This document shows, in pieces, positions 1 through 8,980 of a stretch of 64,000 nucleotides of DNA. The notes under the pieces are model-generated. The model was given only the letters and a program-made list of their open reading frames with translations, made no database searches and had not been told where the DNA came from. Position numbers and translations under genes: made by a program. This DNA comes from an uncultured Veillonellaceae bacterium (GTDB taxonomy: Bacteria; Bacillota; Negativicutes; Selenomonadales; Selenomonadaceae). Within the stretch, counting starts at the first letter, position 1; each line of letters starts with the position of its first letter. The DNA lies in contig OMWS01000038.1 in NCBI GenBank assembly GCA_900314825.1, forward strand, positions 1,200 to 65,199, written 5' to 3'.

Positions 1-989
1 CCGTCTGCGGCTACAACGACGCCAAGTACCGGTTCGGCGCGACGGCGACGCCCATCCGCAAGAATCCCCTGGACATCTACGGCATCTTCCGTTTCATCCA
101 GCCGCGGCTGTTCCCGAACCGTCGGGATTTCGAGCAGCGCTACCTGAAATTCTATTATGGACATGTGTCGGGCTCGAAGAACGAGGAAGAGCTGGCGGAG
201 AAGATCCAGCCGTATATCTTCCAGAGGACGATGGAAGAGATCGCGGACCAGCTGCCGGAGCAGATGGTCTACCAGGTCAACTGCTACTTCAACGACAAGC
301 AGCAGAAAGTCTGGAGGCAACTCTATGGCGAGCTGGATGACCTTCAAGAGAAGATCAAGGCGCTCTACGCGCGCTTCACGCAAGCGCAGCTTTTGAAGAA
401 CGCGGAATACCAGCGCCTCAAAGACGCTGTCGCCGCCCGCCAGACGTTCGCCCAAATGCAGGCAGACTCCGAGGAGCTTTTGATGAACTCCTCGCAGGCG
501 GCGAAGCGCTACGTCACCAACAGCAAGAGCTCGAAGGTGGAGGCGTGCATCGCCATCCTCCAGAAGATCGTGGGCTCCGGCGAGAAATGCGTCGTATTCT
601 CGAAGTTCGTCGGCATGCAGGACATCCTGCAGCGTGAAATTGGCAAGGAGATGCCAGATGTCAAAGTCTCGTGCATCACGGGCTCGGCATCCACGGACGC
701 GCGGGCGGCCATCCTGAAGGAGTATAATACGCAGGACGACCACCAGGTGCTCCTGCTCAGTGACGCTGGCGAGGCCGGCCTCAACCTCTCGACCACGAAA
801 TATATGATCGAGATGGATCTGGCGGATTCTGCGGCGAAGCAGACGCAGCGCCACGGGCGCATCCAGCGCGCGGACTCCGTCCACAACAAGGTCATCGTGT
901 ACCAGCTCATCGTCAAGGATTCCTATGACGATACCATCGCGCTGAAGAGTATCCAGAAAAAGCAGGGGTACTCGGAGCGCATCCTGTAA
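1..989 (+). CDS. SNF2-family helicase, C-terminal part (5' end outside window)
   Basis: Frame 3 is open from base 3. The translation ...FGATATPIRKNPLDIYGIFRFIQP (SNF2 TGTPIxN-like motif) runs into ORF 165..989, which has helicase-C motifs VLLLSDAGEAGLNL and QTQRHGRIQRADS. Confidence 0.8.
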   Translation, partial: VCGYNDAKYRFGATATPIRKNPLDIYGIFRFIQPRLFPNRRDFEQRYLKFYYGHVSGSKNEEELAEKIQPYIFQRTMEEIADQLPEQMVYQVNCYFNDKQQKVWRQLYGELDDLQEKIKALYARFTQAQLLKNAEYQRLKDAVAARQTFAQMQADSEELLMNSSQAAKRYVTNSKSSKVEACIAILQKIVGSGEKCVVFSKFVGMQDILQREIGKEMPDVKVSCITGSASTDARAAILKEYNTQDDHQVLLLSDAGEAGLNLSTTKYMIEMDLADSAAKQTQRHGRIQRADSVHNKVIVYQLIVKDSYDDTIALKSIQKKQGYSERIL

Positions 990-1007
990 ATTTTATACAA
1001 AAATTTT

Positions 1008-1038
1008 GGCCGACGCAGTGGTTGCGTCGGCCGTTTTG
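1008..1038 (+). terminator. rho-independent terminator
   Basis: GGCCGACGCA-gtggt-TGCGTCGGCC stem-loop followed by GTTTT, directly after the helicase stop. Confidence 0.6.
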
Positions 1039-1070
1039 CGTAATGTGGCGTTTGCAAAGGAGGCAGGAAA

Positions 1071-1571
1071 GTGAAACTCAGCGAAGCGCAGAAAGAGATC
1101 GAAGAAGCCTACGAAAAGGCCGGATGGTCGCTTTCATGGCAGTATTATGTCAATCCGAGGCAACAGCATTGCTTCTGGCACGGCGGAGAATACGCTGTTG
1201 CGAAGAAGCGTTACCGCGGCCATGACTGGACGGCCGTGTTCGGGGCTTTCGGCGATGTCATCGGCGAGCTCTTCGACAAGGATGGAGAGATGCTGGCGTC
1301 CGTGCGGGACAAGAACAATGCCGCAGCCCGCGACGAAATTGAGGACTACATCCATACGGACGTGCAGCTCAAGAAAGCACTGGAGAGCGGGCGGCTCGAG
1401 CTCGAAGACAACAACTGGGACGAGATGCTCATCGAGAAAGACGGAGAACCGGCGGACGGCGGTTTCGGCGCCGTCAGCGACGAGGACGACGTCATCAAGG
1501 ATGTCTGGGAACCAAAAGACATTGAGATGTATATTGACGAGAATTTCATGGAAGAGGAGGAGTCGGAATGA
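1071..1571 (+). CDS. hypothetical acidic protein
   Basis: GTG start 7 nt after AAGGAGG. 166-aa ORF whose stop overlaps the next start (ATGA). No motif recognised. Confidence 0.5.
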   Translation: MKLSEAQKEIEEAYEKAGWSLSWQYYVNPRQQHCFWHGGEYAVAKKRYRGHDWTAVFGAFGDVIGELFDKDGEMLASVRDKNNAAARDEIEDYIHTDVQLKKALESGRLELEDNNWDEMLIEKDGEPADGGFGAVSDEDDVIKDVWEPKDIEMYIDENFMEEEESE

Positions 1572-2170
1572 ACCCGATTGAACTGATGGACGAAGACGAG
1601 ATCATGGAGAGCATTGCAGCCGACGAGGACCGCGCGCTCGCCATTCAAAACGACGACGAAGCGGATGAGGTGCTGTCCCAGATCCTCTGGGCGAAGCGCA
1701 AGATTGAGGAGAACAACGAGCTCGTGAAGCGGAAGGCGGCCGAGCTGAAGCTCCTGCTGATGAACTACGAGGAACGCCTCAACGGCTCGCTCAAGCACTA
1801 CGCGGAAAACCGCTCGAAAGACCTCGAAGCATACGCCACGAAGAAGCTCGAGAACCAGAAGGGCTCTGTGAAGCTCTTCCACGGCACGGTTTCCATGCGC
1901 GAGGACGCAGGCCGCACGGAAGTGGACGACGAAGAGAGCCTCATCCGTTGGATGAAGCAGACCGGCCACGGCGACTGCGTCACGGTGAAGGAGTCCCTGT
2001 CGAAGACGGCGCTCAAGAAGGCGTTCAAGAAAGACCCGTCCGGCCGGTACTTCGTTGATGAGGACGGCAACATCATCCAGGGCGTCCATATCGCGAAAGA
2101 AGAAGGCTTGCAGCTCCGTATCACGGAAGCGAAACCGAAGAAAGCAGAGGTATTGAAGGGGGCAGCGTGA
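1568..2170 (+). CDS. Mu Gam-like host-nuclease inhibitor family protein (tentative)
   Basis: N-terminal coiled-coil region followed by KGSVKLFHGTVSMRE...EESLIRWMKQTGHGDCVTVKESLSKTALKKAFK. This layout is typical of the Gam-like family as I recall it. Confidence 0.5.
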   Translation: MNPIELMDEDEIMESIAADEDRALAIQNDDEADEVLSQILWAKRKIEENNELVKRKAAELKLLLMNYEERLNGSLKHYAENRSKDLEAYATKKLENQKGSVKLFHGTVSMREDAGRTEVDDEESLIRWMKQTGHGDCVTVKESLSKTALKKAFKKDPSGRYFVDEDGNIIQGVHIAKEEGLQLRITEAKPKKAEVLKGAA

Positions 2171-3387
2171 TGGCCTCAAGAGAATTTATTGAAAAGATCC
2201 AGCGCTGCGGCGTACGAGGACTCTGCCACTCTCTGGTGATGTTGGAGGAATCTCCGGCAGGTTCCGGGAACTGGGTCGGCCATTGTCCGAATCCGGATCA
2301 TGAGGACAGTACGCCGTCGTTCTGGGTGTACGAGAACAGGAATACGACGGGCATCGAGAGCTGGTGTTGCCAAGGGTGTCATGTCGGAGGAAAAGACATC
2401 GACAAGAAGGATGGCGTCACCGACCCGAACAACCCGAACTTCGGCTCTGACAACATTGCATTCGTGCGGTGGCTCACGTTCCATCGCGACAAGAAGCTGC
2501 TGAGCTTTCCAGAAGCGCTGAAGAAGGTTGCAGAGTTCTATGGCATACCGATGGAGAGCACGAAATTCTCCGGCATTTATCAGAAAAACCGGAGCAACAT
2601 GATGAAATGGGAGATGCAGGTGACACCGTTTGTGCGCCTGTACCTCCACACGCGCGGCCTCGACGATGGAGACATCCAGAAGTGGCATCTCGGCTTCGAC
2701 GGCGAGCGCATCACTATGCCGATCTTCAACAGCATTGGAGATGTCATCGGCTTCTCCAACCGGGCCTTCACGAAGGAGGCGGAAGAATCCGGTTCGAAAT
2801 ATTTCAATACGCCGGAACGTTGGAACGGCCGAGAGACAGGGTTTCACAAGGGCTCCGTCTTCTACGGCATCCAGCACATTGACCGTCGTGACAACCGTCT
2901 TTTCATTTTCGAAGGACAATTCGACGCCATTCTCGCATCGAAGTACGGCATCCCGAACGCCGTGGCCATCATGACCTGCCACATGACGAAGGAGCAGGCG
3001 GAATACATCGCCAAGCAGAAGCTCCTTCCTGTCGTGTGCTTCGACCCGGACGAGGCCGGCCGCATGGGCGCGCTCAAGACGATGGAGCGCCTTCAGGAGG
3101 CTGGCGTGACGGACAGCCGCGTGCTGTTCCTGCCGGATGACAGGGATATGGCAGACCTCGCTCGCGACCTGAAGGGAGGGCTCTTCGATGCTGTCATGCC
3201 GCGCGTCATGCCGTTCTACCAGTATCTGTTGGGAGAGATGGCGGACGAGATGGATTCTGTCATCCTCCAGAAGCGGAACGAAATCATGCCGCGCGTGGAA
3301 GAAATCCTCTCCGGCATCCGCGACAAGGGCGAGCAGGGGCGAGCCAAAGACTACTTCGAGCGCCGGATGCGGATGTGGTCGGCATGA
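2167..3387 (+). CDS. DNA primase (CHC2 zinc finger + Toprim)
   Basis: GHCPNPDHEDSTPSFWVY is a CHC2-type zinc-finger motif. LFIFEGQFDAILASKYGIPNAVA...CFDPDEAG is Toprim-like. Confidence 0.8.
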   Translation: MMASREFIEKIQRCGVRGLCHSLVMLEESPAGSGNWVGHCPNPDHEDSTPSFWVYENRNTTGIESWCCQGCHVGGKDIDKKDGVTDPNNPNFGSDNIAFVRWLTFHRDKKLLSFPEALKKVAEFYGIPMESTKFSGIYQKNRSNMMKWEMQVTPFVRLYLHTRGLDDGDIQKWHLGFDGERITMPIFNSIGDVIGFSNRAFTKEAEESGSKYFNTPERWNGRETGFHKGSVFYGIQHIDRRDNRLFIFEGQFDAILASKYGIPNAVAIMTCHMTKEQAEYIAKQKLLPVVCFDPDEAGRMGALKTMERLQEAGVTDSRVLFLPDDRDMADLARDLKGGLFDAVMPRVMPFYQYLLGEMADEMDSVILQKRNEIMPRVEEILSGIRDKGEQGRAKDYFERRMRMWSA

Positions 3388-3429
3388 AAAAATTTTTTGT
3401 AAAATCAGTGAACAACAGGGAGATGAACG

Positions 3430-3700
3430 TAATGTCACTGACCGGTGGCTGAAGCCACGGGCTTGTAAAAGTCCGCAGTAACTACCCTAAGTGCTTCGTG
3501 CACTACGTTATCAAAGAATACATAGGCACCGGCGGACGTGAGTCCGAATCCACCGCTCTGCGGCATGTCGTTAAAAGTCCTGCAAGGTAGGGACGGTGCG
3601 ACAAGCATATAAAACCTTTGGATAACATTGGGTACGGACACCTAACCCCTCTTCGGAGGGAGATGAATCCTGCTTTGATAGGACATTTTGAAGAAAGGAG
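3430..3700 (+). ncRNA. candidate IscB omegaRNA (boundaries approximate)
   Basis: About 300 nt of noncoding DNA lies directly 5' of iscB. It contains hairpin GTGGC-TGAA-GCCAC (3445-3458) and GNRA-capped helix GGGCTT-GTAA-AAGTCC (3459-3474) followed by GCAGTAA. The same architecture occurs upstream of the second iscB. Confidence 0.55.
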
Positions 3701-3708
3701 CCGTATTT

Positions 3709-4965
3709 GTGGTTTACGTCATTAGCAATACGGGACAACCCATCATGCCTACGGAGAACCATGCAAAAGTGCGGCTCCTGTTGAAATCTGGGAAGGCAAT
3801 GGTTGTCAGGAGAACACCATTCACGATTCGCTTGCTCGGTATTAGCAAGACTTACACACAATCGGTCACACTCGGTGTAGATGCCGGTTCGAAGTATGTT
3901 GGACTGTCCGCTACGACGGCAAAGAAGGAATTGCTTGCGGCTGAGCTTCGTCCGCGCAACGATGTCGTAAAGCTCATGTCAGATCGACGTGAATTACGCC
4001 GTTCGCGTAGAAGTCGTACGACACGTTACCGCGCGGCACGTTTCGACAATCGTATACACAGCAAGCACAATGGATGGCTGGCGCCATCTGTCGAAGTTAA
4101 AATCTGGAATCATATCCAGAGTGTCAAGCTTATATCTAGGTTACTCCCTCTCACGACGATCCGTGTTGAGACGACCGAATTTGATTTGCAGCGTCTGAAG
4201 GCTATGGAATCTGGGAGACCGCTACCTGTTAGCACGGACTATCAGTTTGGCGAGCAGTACGACGAGTACAACGTACGCCAGTACGTCCTACATCGCGACG
4301 GATACACCTGTCAATGCTGCGGGGCTCATGGAACAGCTGAGAAAAGCGTGAAGCTTCATGTGCATCACCTGGAGAGCAGGGAGACTGGCGGAAACGCCCC
4401 GGACAACCTTATCACGCTCTGCAAAGATTGTCACAAGGCGTATCACGCTGGAAAAATCCAGTTGCCGGTTCGTGGGCGCAGAAGACGTTCTACTCGCGAT
4501 GCTGCTTTTATGGGTATTATGCGAAAGACTCTGATGCAACGACTTCGTGAAATGTTCCTTAATATCGAAATTTGTGGTACATATGGCTACATTACGAAAT
4601 ACTGGCGCGAAAAGAAGAATATTGTCAAAACTCATATCAACGACGCTTTCGTGATAGCCAAGAACTTCGAAGCCGAGAGGCTTGAAAAATGCTTGCTGAT
4701 TGTCCCAAGGCGACAGCACAATCGCCAGATCCACAAATGCAAGATATACAAAGGCGGGATTCGCAAGCTGAACCAAACACCGAAGTACGTCTTTGGGTTT
4801 CAGCTTTTTGACAAAGTTTTGTTCAAAGGCAGAGAGGGTTACATCTTCGGACGAAGATCTTCTGGCAGATTTGTTATAAAAGATATCGAAGGAAAGCCGA
4901 TTGCAGAGCCTCGATGCTCTAAGCTCAGGCTTTTGGAAAAACGGGGCGCTTTTCTGATATCTTGA
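3709..4965 (+). CDS. iscB: IscB RNA-guided endonuclease (OMEGA, IS200/IS605-associated)
   Basis: PLMP-type motif GQPIMPT; RuvC-I GVDAGSKYVG; Arg-rich bridge RRELRRSRRSRTTRYR; RuvC-II RVETTEFD; HNH CQCCG...HVHHLESRETGGNAPDNLITLCKDCHKAYH; RuvC-III THINDAFVIA. GTG 3709 lies 8 nt after AAAGGAG (alternative TTG 3688). Confidence 0.85.
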   Translation: MVYVISNTGQPIMPTENHAKVRLLLKSGKAMVVRRTPFTIRLLGISKTYTQSVTLGVDAGSKYVGLSATTAKKELLAAELRPRNDVVKLMSDRRELRRSRRSRTTRYRAARFDNRIHSKHNGWLAPSVEVKIWNHIQSVKLISRLLPLTTIRVETTEFDLQRLKAMESGRPLPVSTDYQFGEQYDEYNVRQYVLHRDGYTCQCCGAHGTAEKSVKLHVHHLESRETGGNAPDNLITLCKDCHKAYHAGKIQLPVRGRRRRSTRDAAFMGIMRKTLMQRLREMFLNIEICGTYGYITKYWREKKNIVKTHINDAFVIAKNFEAERLEKCLLIVPRRQHNRQIHKCKIYKGGIRKLNQTPKYVFGFQLFDKVLFKGREGYIFGRRSSGRFVIKDIEGKPIAEPRCSKLRLLEKRGAFLIS

Positions 4966-5026
4966 TGTGTATTTTGATCAAATTATTTTTTGAAGCTTTT
5001 ATGGTTTATACAGAAAGGAGCGTAAT

Positions 5027-5356
5027 ATGGCGACTGTGAGCAGATGCGAAGCCTGCCGGTTGAAGCCTGTGTGCAAGTACACGGATGCGCTGTCGGACAC
5101 CAGAAAGAAGTATGACAGGGTATTCAACGTGGAGTGCATGTACTTCGACGTGGCGGCATCGCACCTCGATCTAAAAGAAGAGGAATCCGGTCTCCTCGTT
5201 TGCGAGAGATGCGGGAAGAAAACAGACAAGCTCGTGAAATGCGAGACGTGCCACAAGAGCGTCTGCTCCGACTGTGCCGAGTCGGAGTCGGAGCTCGATG
5301 TGGACACAAACAAGGCCAGACTGAAAACAGTCTGCCGTGACTGTTGGGAGAAGTGA
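5027..5356 (+). CDS. hypothetical Cys-rich (zinc-ribbon-like) protein
   Basis: RBS GAAAGGAG. CxxC pairs: CEACR, CERCGKK, CETCHKSVCSDC, CRDC. Confidence 0.5.
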   Translation: MATVSRCEACRLKPVCKYTDALSDTRKKYDRVFNVECMYFDVAASHLDLKEEESGLLVCERCGKKTDKLVKCETCHKSVCSDCAESESELDVDTNKARLKTVCRDCWEK

Positions 5357-5361
5357 TACAG

Positions 5362-5721
5362 ATGACGATTGATTTGTGCGAGAAGTTCAAGAACAACAAC
5401 ATCGACGGCATCGAGCACCACGAGCTCCTGGCGGCGCTGGAGGACAAGAGCGGAACCTTCGAGGTCCGCTCGAACGGCCTCGTCGCGCACAAGCCGAGCG
5501 AGAAGCGTTTCGTCCTCGAATGTGCGAAGGAATACTTCGAGCCGGAGAAGAGCTACTACAAGCTCAATCGGACGAGCCGCTGCCCCTATGTGCAACGCGC
5601 GCTCGGCGTTCAGGCAGACGTCCACGAGGATTGCAAGCAGTGCCTTGCTTCCTGCATCACGCGCAAGCTCCGCATGAAGCCGAAGAAGATCGTGATCCCG
5701 AAAGACTACTATCTAAAATAA
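5362..5721 (+). CDS. hypothetical protein
   Basis: ATG 7 nt after GGGAGAAG (alternative TTG 5344). No motif recognised. Confidence 0.45.
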   Translation: MTIDLCEKFKNNNIDGIEHHELLAALEDKSGTFEVRSNGLVAHKPSEKRFVLECAKEYFEPEKSYYKLNRTSRCPYVQRALGVQADVHEDCKQCLASCITRKLRMKPKKIVIPKDYYLK

Positions 5722-5738
5722 TACGGAGGAAAAACACT

Positions 5739-6005
5739 ATGATCAGCAAAACGAAAATCGTCGAACAGGTTGCACAGCAGGTCCCGGTCAACGAGGCCAC
5801 GGTCAAGCTCGTCGTCGATGCGTTCCTCGACACGATCGTGGACGATGTCAAGAAAGGCGATGATGTCCGCTTCATCGGCTTCGGCAAGTTCTACACGGCG
5901 CACCGCGCCGCCCGCATGGGCCGCAACCCGCAGACGGGCGAAAGCATGCAGATCAAAGAGAGCAACAAGCTCGCGTTCAAGACGAGCCTGACCCTTGATG
6001 ACTGA
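5739..6005 (+). CDS. HU-family DNA-binding protein
   Basis: MISKTKIVEQVAQQV...VRFIGFGKFYTAHRAARMGRNPQTGESMQIKESNKLAFKTS is the classic HU/IHF arm signature. ATG 5739 follows ACGGAGGA. The longer 5376 ORF is a frame artefact. Confidence 0.85.
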   Translation: MISKTKIVEQVAQQVPVNEATVKLVVDAFLDTIVDDVKKGDDVRFIGFGKFYTAHRAARMGRNPQTGESMQIKESNKLAFKTSLTLDD

Positions 6006-6672
6006 TTTCGCAGGCAAGACGAAAAAGCGGCTGAAGGAACTCGAAGCGAAGTACGGCGACGAGGAAGTGTTCGCCGTCCCGTACCAGCACACGCAGGACA
6101 TCCCGGACGGCTTCCAGAAGTTCAAAGGAAAGGCGCAGGACGCCATCCGCAAGTTGATGGCGCGCGGGAAGTTCCTCCTGCGGGCGGCAGTCGAAGAGGA
6201 CATGTCGTTCCAGCAGGTCATCCCGTACGTCCTTGTCTGCAATGACGATGCGTCGAAGTTCTTCGTGACGCTCCGAATCGCCGGGGAGAAGCGGCTCTTG
6301 GGCAGCCTCTCCCTCGGTATCGGTGGCCACCTGAACCCCTGCGACAAAGGCTTCATGTGCGATGGTTTCTCTACCTTCATGAACGGCATGCGCCGTGAGG
6401 AGGACGAGGAGACGAACATCAGCGAAGTCGCCATGGACGTCCACGAGCCGTATGGCACGGTGCGCGACCTCAAAAGCTCGACGCCAGACCACGTTGGCAT
6501 CGTCTATCTCCACTATGTCTACGATACGGCGAATCTCGACGTGCGAGAGAAGGACACGCTGGAGCCTTTGTGGATGACGAAGGAGGAGCTCGTCAAGAAT
6601 TACGAGAAATTCGAGTCCTGGGCGCAGCTCATCATCGAGGACATGGTCATCAAGAAAGACAAAGCAGCATAA
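5995..6672 (+). CDS. Nudix-like hydrolase (tentative)
   Basis: Degenerate Nudix-box-like stretch GFSTFMNGMRREEDEETNI preceded by LSLGIGGHLNPCD. Confidence 0.35.
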   Translation: MMTDFAGKTKKRLKELEAKYGDEEVFAVPYQHTQDIPDGFQKFKGKAQDAIRKLMARGKFLLRAAVEEDMSFQQVIPYVLVCNDDASKFFVTLRIAGEKRLLGSLSLGIGGHLNPCDKGFMCDGFSTFMNGMRREEDEETNISEVAMDVHEPYGTVRDLKSSTPDHVGIVYLHYVYDTANLDVREKDTLEPLWMTKEELVKNYEKFESWAQLIIEDMVIKKDKAA

Positions 6673-6722
6673 GGAAAAAGCGCATCCACTCTGGGTACGC
6701 TTTTCGTGCTCTTTAGAAAAAT

Positions 6723-6751
6723 TTGCATAAAAAATAATACTATGCTATAAT
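6723..6751 (+). promoter_or_regulatory. sigma70-type promoter with extended -10
   Basis: TTGCAT, 17-nt spacer ending in TGc, then TATAAT, located 20 nt upstream of the 6772 ORF. Confidence 0.6.
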
Positions 6752-6771
6752 TCGCCCGAAATTTAGCAAGG

Positions 6772-7851
6772 GTGGCGATGGCAGTGGCACGATACGCATC
6801 AGCGAATTACTATCTGCTCAACAGTTTTGATGACTATACGGACGGCATGACCTTCACGACGGCATCGAAAGACGAGTTCATCCGCATCGTACGGAAGAAC
6901 GGGCATGATATGGGCTCGCGGTACGACAAGTGGTGCGGGAGCATCATCCTTCAAATCTTGAACAACGACATGGAGCCCGCCGACCTCCTGCAGGAAGGGA
7001 AAGAAGGAAAAGATTACCTCGTTGCCGCTGGTGGAGGCGAATACGGCTTCTTCTCTTTTGAGCATGGGATGTTCAAGGGGATTTTCCCATCCAAGAACAG
7101 CATCTCCTTCGGCAAGATTTACTACAGCCATGAAGTGAACTTCACAGAGGTCATCGAGGAGAACGCGAAGACGACGAAGAGCAACCTCTGCAAGAAGATT
7201 GCAACGCTGCTTAATGTCAAGCTCTTTCCGATGCCGCTCTTGGAATTCCTGAGCGATGAGGAGAACCTGTATGATGACCTTCCTGATGAGATTTATAATT
7301 GCCAGCTGGAATCGAAAATCCAGATACCAGAGGAAGAGAAAGTTCCTCTGACAAGGGATTTTGCTAGGGAAAGGTTCCACTGCAACCACTTCGTCGAAAT
7401 CGACGGCACGGAATACGCATACAACAGCACCGACGAGATTTATGGAGACTGCTTCTTCAGCGATTCCGATACAGGATCGCCGTTGTATGGAGACATCGAC
7501 TATACCGCCATGACGCCTGTGTATACATGTTCTGCATATATCATTGGCAAGCGATATGAAAACGAGAGCAGTGCAGAGACGGAAGGCCGGGTCGTTTACG
7601 ATGTACAGCCGTCGTATGCCGAGCTTTGCAGGAACTTCCTCTTGCTGGAAAAGAAGGAGCAGGCGGATGGCTCGGGGGACACGAGGGCTCACGATGAGCC
7701 ATGGTACGAGGAAGCCGGACGTGTGCAACGCGAATGGAAGGCGTGGGAAACGCTTGGCAAGGACAGCATAAAGTCCATGATAGAGTCTTTTGGCTTCGAG
7801 GATAAGTTTGATACGGAGCATCCGAGGTTTGCACCATACACATGGATTTGA
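6772..7851 (+). CDS. hypothetical protein
   Basis: 359-aa ORF with a GTG start downstream of the promoter. No motif recognised. Confidence 0.5.
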   Translation: MAMAVARYASANYYLLNSFDDYTDGMTFTTASKDEFIRIVRKNGHDMGSRYDKWCGSIILQILNNDMEPADLLQEGKEGKDYLVAAGGGEYGFFSFEHGMFKGIFPSKNSISFGKIYYSHEVNFTEVIEENAKTTKSNLCKKIATLLNVKLFPMPLLEFLSDEENLYDDLPDEIYNCQLESKIQIPEEEKVPLTRDFARERFHCNHFVEIDGTEYAYNSTDEIYGDCFFSDSDTGSPLYGDIDYTAMTPVYTCSAYIIGKRYENESSAETEGRVVYDVQPSYAELCRNFLLLEKKEQADGSGDTRAHDEPWYEEAGRVQREWKAWETLGKDSIKSMIESFGFEDKFDTEHPRFAPYTWI

Positions 7852-7888
7852 TACACAAACGGGAGGCTTATGCCTCCCGTTTGTGTAT
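7851..7888. terminator. bidirectional terminator between convergent genes
   Basis: Perfect 17-bp stem ATACACAAACGGGAGGC-ttat-GCCTCCCGTTTGTGTAT between the 6772 ORF (+) and parB (-). Confidence 0.7.
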
Positions 7889-7891
7889 CGC

Positions 7892-8980
7892 TTATTCTTC
7901 TGGCTCTGCTGCCTCTGACTCGTCCGGGCGAAGGATGAACTCGTCATACTTCTTGACGAAGCTCTTGGCCTTCTTCTTCGGAATCAGGACGACGAACGGC
8001 TCATAGGCATCATGCTTGCCGGTCACAGTGACGTGGATGCTGCGGGCGGAGCGCTTGACGTGCCATTCGCCGCGCGGCGGCTCTTCTGCGGGCATCGTCT
8101 CGGATTCCAGAGTGCTATTGAAGACATCAACAGCTTCTTCCGGGCGCATGTAGCGCGGGAGCGCCTTGATGATCTCGTTCGTGAGGAGGTCTTTGACGCT
8201 CGCGAGCTGCTCCTGCGTCTCCTTCATGTACGTACCGAGCTTGGCCGCCATCGCCATGTTGATGGCATCACGCTCGAAGAGCTCGAACAATTCTGGGATG
8301 AGGTTGTAGATGGAATCCCAATAGTAGACGGTCGTGCGGTTCCGGTCGATCATCTTCGCCACGCGCGACAGGGAATCCTTTTCACGGCGTCGGCGGAGAA
8401 ATGCAAGTTTCTCGTGGATGGCGAACATCTTGTCCCTCTTCGGGAGCTCACCTCTCTGGGCGTAGTTCGTGTCGATGACGATCTGCCGCGCCGTATCATC
8501 GTCAATAGCTCCGTAAGCATAGACGATGGCAGGAATGGACGCGAAGCGGTCGTCTCCGGTCTTCTCGAAAAGGATGCGGTAGATTTCCGTACGGGTATTG
8601 CCCGCAAGAATCTGATAGTTGCCCGCCGCTTCGTCGAGCTCGCGCACGACGATCGGCTGCTGGAGTCCGGTGTTCACGATGCTGTCCGCCATCTGGATCT
8701 TCATGTCGTTGGAGGGCGGCGTGAATTTGTTCCAGGCGGCTGGTGTGGAGATCAGTAGTCCGATGGGGATGCGCTTGTATTCGCCTTTCTGGTCCGTCGT
8801 CTCCGAGAGGACGTCCTGGACTTCCTGGCTGGAAGCGTCGGCAATCTCCTGCTCGTCCTGCTTCAGTTGTTGCTTGATGGCGTCGAGGTTCTCGTTGACG
8901 TAAGTCGAAACGCCGACAGGTCCGACCTGGTCCGGAGTCATGTCCATGCGGACGGGCTTCATCTTGTCAAACATTCCCAT
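7892..8980 (-). CDS. parB: ParB-like partition/nuclease-domain protein
   Basis: ParB N-terminal domain signature: IPIGLLISTP...LQQPIVVRELD..YQILAGNTRTEIYR. ATG 8980 lies 9 nt after AGGAGG and overlaps the parA stop. Confidence 0.75.
   Translation of the reverse strand: MGMFDKMKPVRMDMTPDQVGPVGVSTYVNENLDAIKQQLKQDEQEIADASSQEVQDVLSETTDQKGEYKRIPIGLLISTPAAWNKFTPPSNDMKIQMADSIVNTGLQQPIVVRELDEAAGNYQILAGNTRTEIYRILFEKTGDDRFASIPAIVYAYGAIDDDTARQIVIDTNYAQRGELPKRDKMFAIHEKLAFLRRRREKDSLSRVAKMIDRNRTTVYYWDSIYNLIPELFELFERDAINMAMAAKLGTYMKETQEQLASVKDLLTNEIIKALPRYMRPEEAVDVFNSTLESETMPAEEPPRGEWHVKRSARSIHVTVTGKHDAYEPFVVLIPKKKAKSFVKKYDEFILRPDESEAAEPEE

Noticed and set aside
1346-3438. Long minus-strand ORFs 1346..2179 and 2176..3438. 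Similar ones occur at 15157..16512, 17010..18674, 20745..22082, 34552..35862 and 50776..52281.
   Set aside because: They lie antisense to ORFs with clear domain signatures. They have R/A/L/H-rich low-complexity translations typical of shadow frames in GC-rich coding DNA, and they lack RBSs.
5376-6005. 209-aa ORF overlapping the 5362..5721 gene.
   Set aside because: Only its last 88 codons (from ATG 5739, preceded by GGAGGA) form the HU protein. The upstream part is an Arg/Pro-rich out-of-frame read through the neighbouring gene.
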